Shown here piece after piece: positions 61,776 to 64,000 of a DNA stretch of 64,000 nt. The stretch is from the human T2T-CHM13v2.0 reference genome, Homo sapiens. The stretch lies in assembly GCF_009914755.1 (NCBI RefSeq), contig NC_060933.1. One strand, 5' to 3'. The notes under the pieces were generated by a model, which was given only the letters and a program-made list of their open reading frames with translations, was not told where the DNA came from and ran no database searches. A program made the position numbers and the translations under genes. Every line of letters starts with the position of its first letter. The stretch's first letter is position 1.

Positions 61776-64000
61776 GGATTCCTCCTAAGCCGTGCCCTGT
61801 CTGTGCGGGCCCCCACTGGAGGTTGCATTGTCCCCCAGGATTCCTCCTAAGCCGTGCCGTGTCTGTGCGGGCCCCCACTGGAGGTTGCATTGTCCCCCAG
61901 GATTCCTCCTAAGCCGTGCCCTGTCTGTGCGGGCCCCCACTGGAGGTTGCATTGTCCCCCAGGATTCCTCCTAAGCCGTGCCCTGTCTGTGCGGGCCCCC
62001 ACTGGAGGTTGCATTGTCCCCCAGGATTCCTCCTAAGCCGTGCCCTGTCTGTGCGGGCCCCCACTGGAGGTTGCATTGTCCCCCAGGATTCCTCCTAAGC
62101 CGTGCCCTGTCTGTGCGGGCCCCCACTGGAGGTTGCATTGTCCCCCAGGATTCCTCCTAAGCCGTGCCCTGTCTGTGCGGGCCCCCACTGGAGGTTGCAT
62201 TGTCCCCCAGGATTCCTCCTAAGCCGTGCCCTGTCTGTGCGGGCCCCCACTGGAGGTTGCATTGTCCCCCAGGATTCCTCCTAAGCCGTGCCCTGTCTGT
62301 GCGCGCCCCCACTGGAGGTTGCATTGTCCCCCAGGATTCCTCCTAAGCCGTGCCCTGTCTGTGCGGGCCCCCACTGGAGGTTGCATTGTCCCCCAGGATT
62401 CCTCCTAAGCCGTGCCCTGTCTGTGCGGGCCCCCACTGGAGGTTGCATTGTCCCCCAGGACTCCTCCTAAGCCGTGCCCTGTCTGTGCGGGCCCCCACTG
62501 GAGGTTGCATTGTCCCCCAGGACTCCTCCTAAGCCGTGCCCTGTCTGTGCGGGCCCCCACTGGAGGTTGCATTGTCCCCCAGGACTCCTCCTAAGCCGTG
62601 CCCTGTCTGTGCGGGCCCCCACTGGAGGTTGCATTGTCCCCCAGGACTCCTCCTAAGCCGTGCCCTGTCTGTGCGCGCCCCCACTGGAGGTTGCATTGTC
62701 CCCCAGGACTCCTCCTAAGCCGTGCCCTGTCTGTGCGCGCCCCCACTGGAGGTTGCATTGTCCCCCAGGATTCCTCCTAAGCCGTGCCCTGTCTGTGCGC
62801 GCCCCCACTGGAGGTTGCATTGTCCCCCAGGATTCCTCCTAAGCCGTGCCCTGTCTGTGCGGGCCCCCACTGGAGGTTGCATTGTCCCCCAGGATTCCTC
62901 CTAAGCCGTGCCCTGTCTGTGCGGGCCCCCACTGGAGGTTGCATTGTCCCCCAGGATTCCTCCTAAGCCGTGCCCTGTCTGTGCGGGCCCCCACTGGAGG
63001 TTGCATTGTCCCCCAGGATTCCTCCTAAGCCGTGCCCTGTCTGTGCGCGCCCCCACTGGAGGTTGCATTGTCCCCCAGGATTCCTCCTAAGCCGTGCCCT
63101 GTCTGTGCGCGCCCCCACCGGAGGTTGCATTGTCCCCCAGGATTCCTCCTAAGCCGTGCCCTGTCTGTGCGGGCCCCCACCGGAGGTTGCATTGTCCCCC
63201 AGGATTCCTCCTAAGCCGTGCCCTGTCTGTGCGCGCCCCCACCGGAGGTTGCATTGTCCCCCAGGATTCCTCCTAAGCCGTGCCCTGTCTGTGCGGGCCC
63301 CCACCGGAGGTTGCATTGTCCCCCAGGATTCCTCCTAAGCCGTGCCCTGTCTGTGCGCGCCCCCACCGGAGGTTGCATTGTCCCCCAGGATTCCTCCTAA
63401 GCCGTGCCCTGTCTGTGCGCGCCCCCACCGGAGGTTGCATTGTCCCCCAGGATTCCTCCTAAGCCGTGCCCTGTCTGTGCGGGCCCCCACCGGAGGTTGC
63501 ATTGTCCCCCAGGATTCCTCCTAAGCCGTGCCCTGTCTGTGCGCGCCCCCACCGGAGGTTGCATTGTCCCCCAGGATTCCTCCTAAGCCGTGCCCTGTCT
63601 GTGCGCGCCCCCACCGGAGGTTGCATTGTCCCCCAGGATTCCTCCTAAGCCGTGCCCTGTCTGTGCGCGCCCCCACCGGAGGTTGCATTGTCCCCCAGGA
63701 TTCCTCCTAAGCCGTGCCCTGTCTGTGCGCGCCCCCACCGGAGGTTGCATTGTCCCCCAGGATTCCTCCTAAGCCGTGCCCTGTCTGTGCGCGCCCCCAC
63801 TGGAGGTTGCATTGTCCCCCAGGATTCCTCCTAAGCCGTGCCCTGTCTGTGCGCGCCCCCACTGGAGGTTGCATTGTCCCCCAGGATTTCTCCTAAGCCG
63901 TGCCCTGTCTGTGCGCGCCCCCACTGGAGGTTGCATTGTCCCCCAGGATTCCTCCTAAGCCGTGCCCTGTCTGTGCGCGCCCCCACTGGAGGTTGCATTG
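61713..64000. repeat. 62-bp tandem array derived from the HERV-H gag zinc knuckle (at least about 37 copies, truncated by the window end)
   Basis: CCAGGATTCCTCCTAAGCCGTGCCCTGTCTGTGCGGGCCCCCACTGGAGGTTGCATTGTCCC. The ORF track repeats every 62 nt. Confidence 0.98.

Noticed and set aside
61713-64000. CRISPR array, or a cluster of about 35 small 60-aa genes
   Set aside because: Units are head-to-tail with no unique spacers. The ORFs start at GTG and simply reflect the 62-nt period with one stop per 186 nt. The context is primate DNA.

Overview
Human (primate) genomic DNA containing the 3' half of EHMT1 (GLP, H3K9 methyltransferase; 9q34.3) on the + strand. Thirteen coding exons, all GT-AG and in phase, encode the ankyrin repeats and the pre-SET, SET and post-SET domains. 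They are followed by the 3' UTR and the MIR602 hairpin. The introns are dense with Alus, old L1 fragments, MaLR LTRs, a MER6 DNA transposon and many GC-rich minisatellites. The most notable non-EHMT1 signals are: (1) an antisense FOXH1-derived copy whose forkhead domain is deleted and replaced by a tandem repeat seeded from its own KPPYT codons; (2) an exonised antisense MaLR LTR giving a truncating alternative last exon; (3) a 28S rRNA 3'-end retro-fragment inside an L1; (4) a 66-bp array in which units carry CCAAT, GC-box and E-box/HRE motifs; (5) an LTR-less HERV-H gag whose second zinc knuckle is amplified into a 62-bp array of at least about 37 copies that runs off the window end. Gene and repeat-family names come from recognising the sequence, not from database searches. 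Repeat boundaries are approximate.
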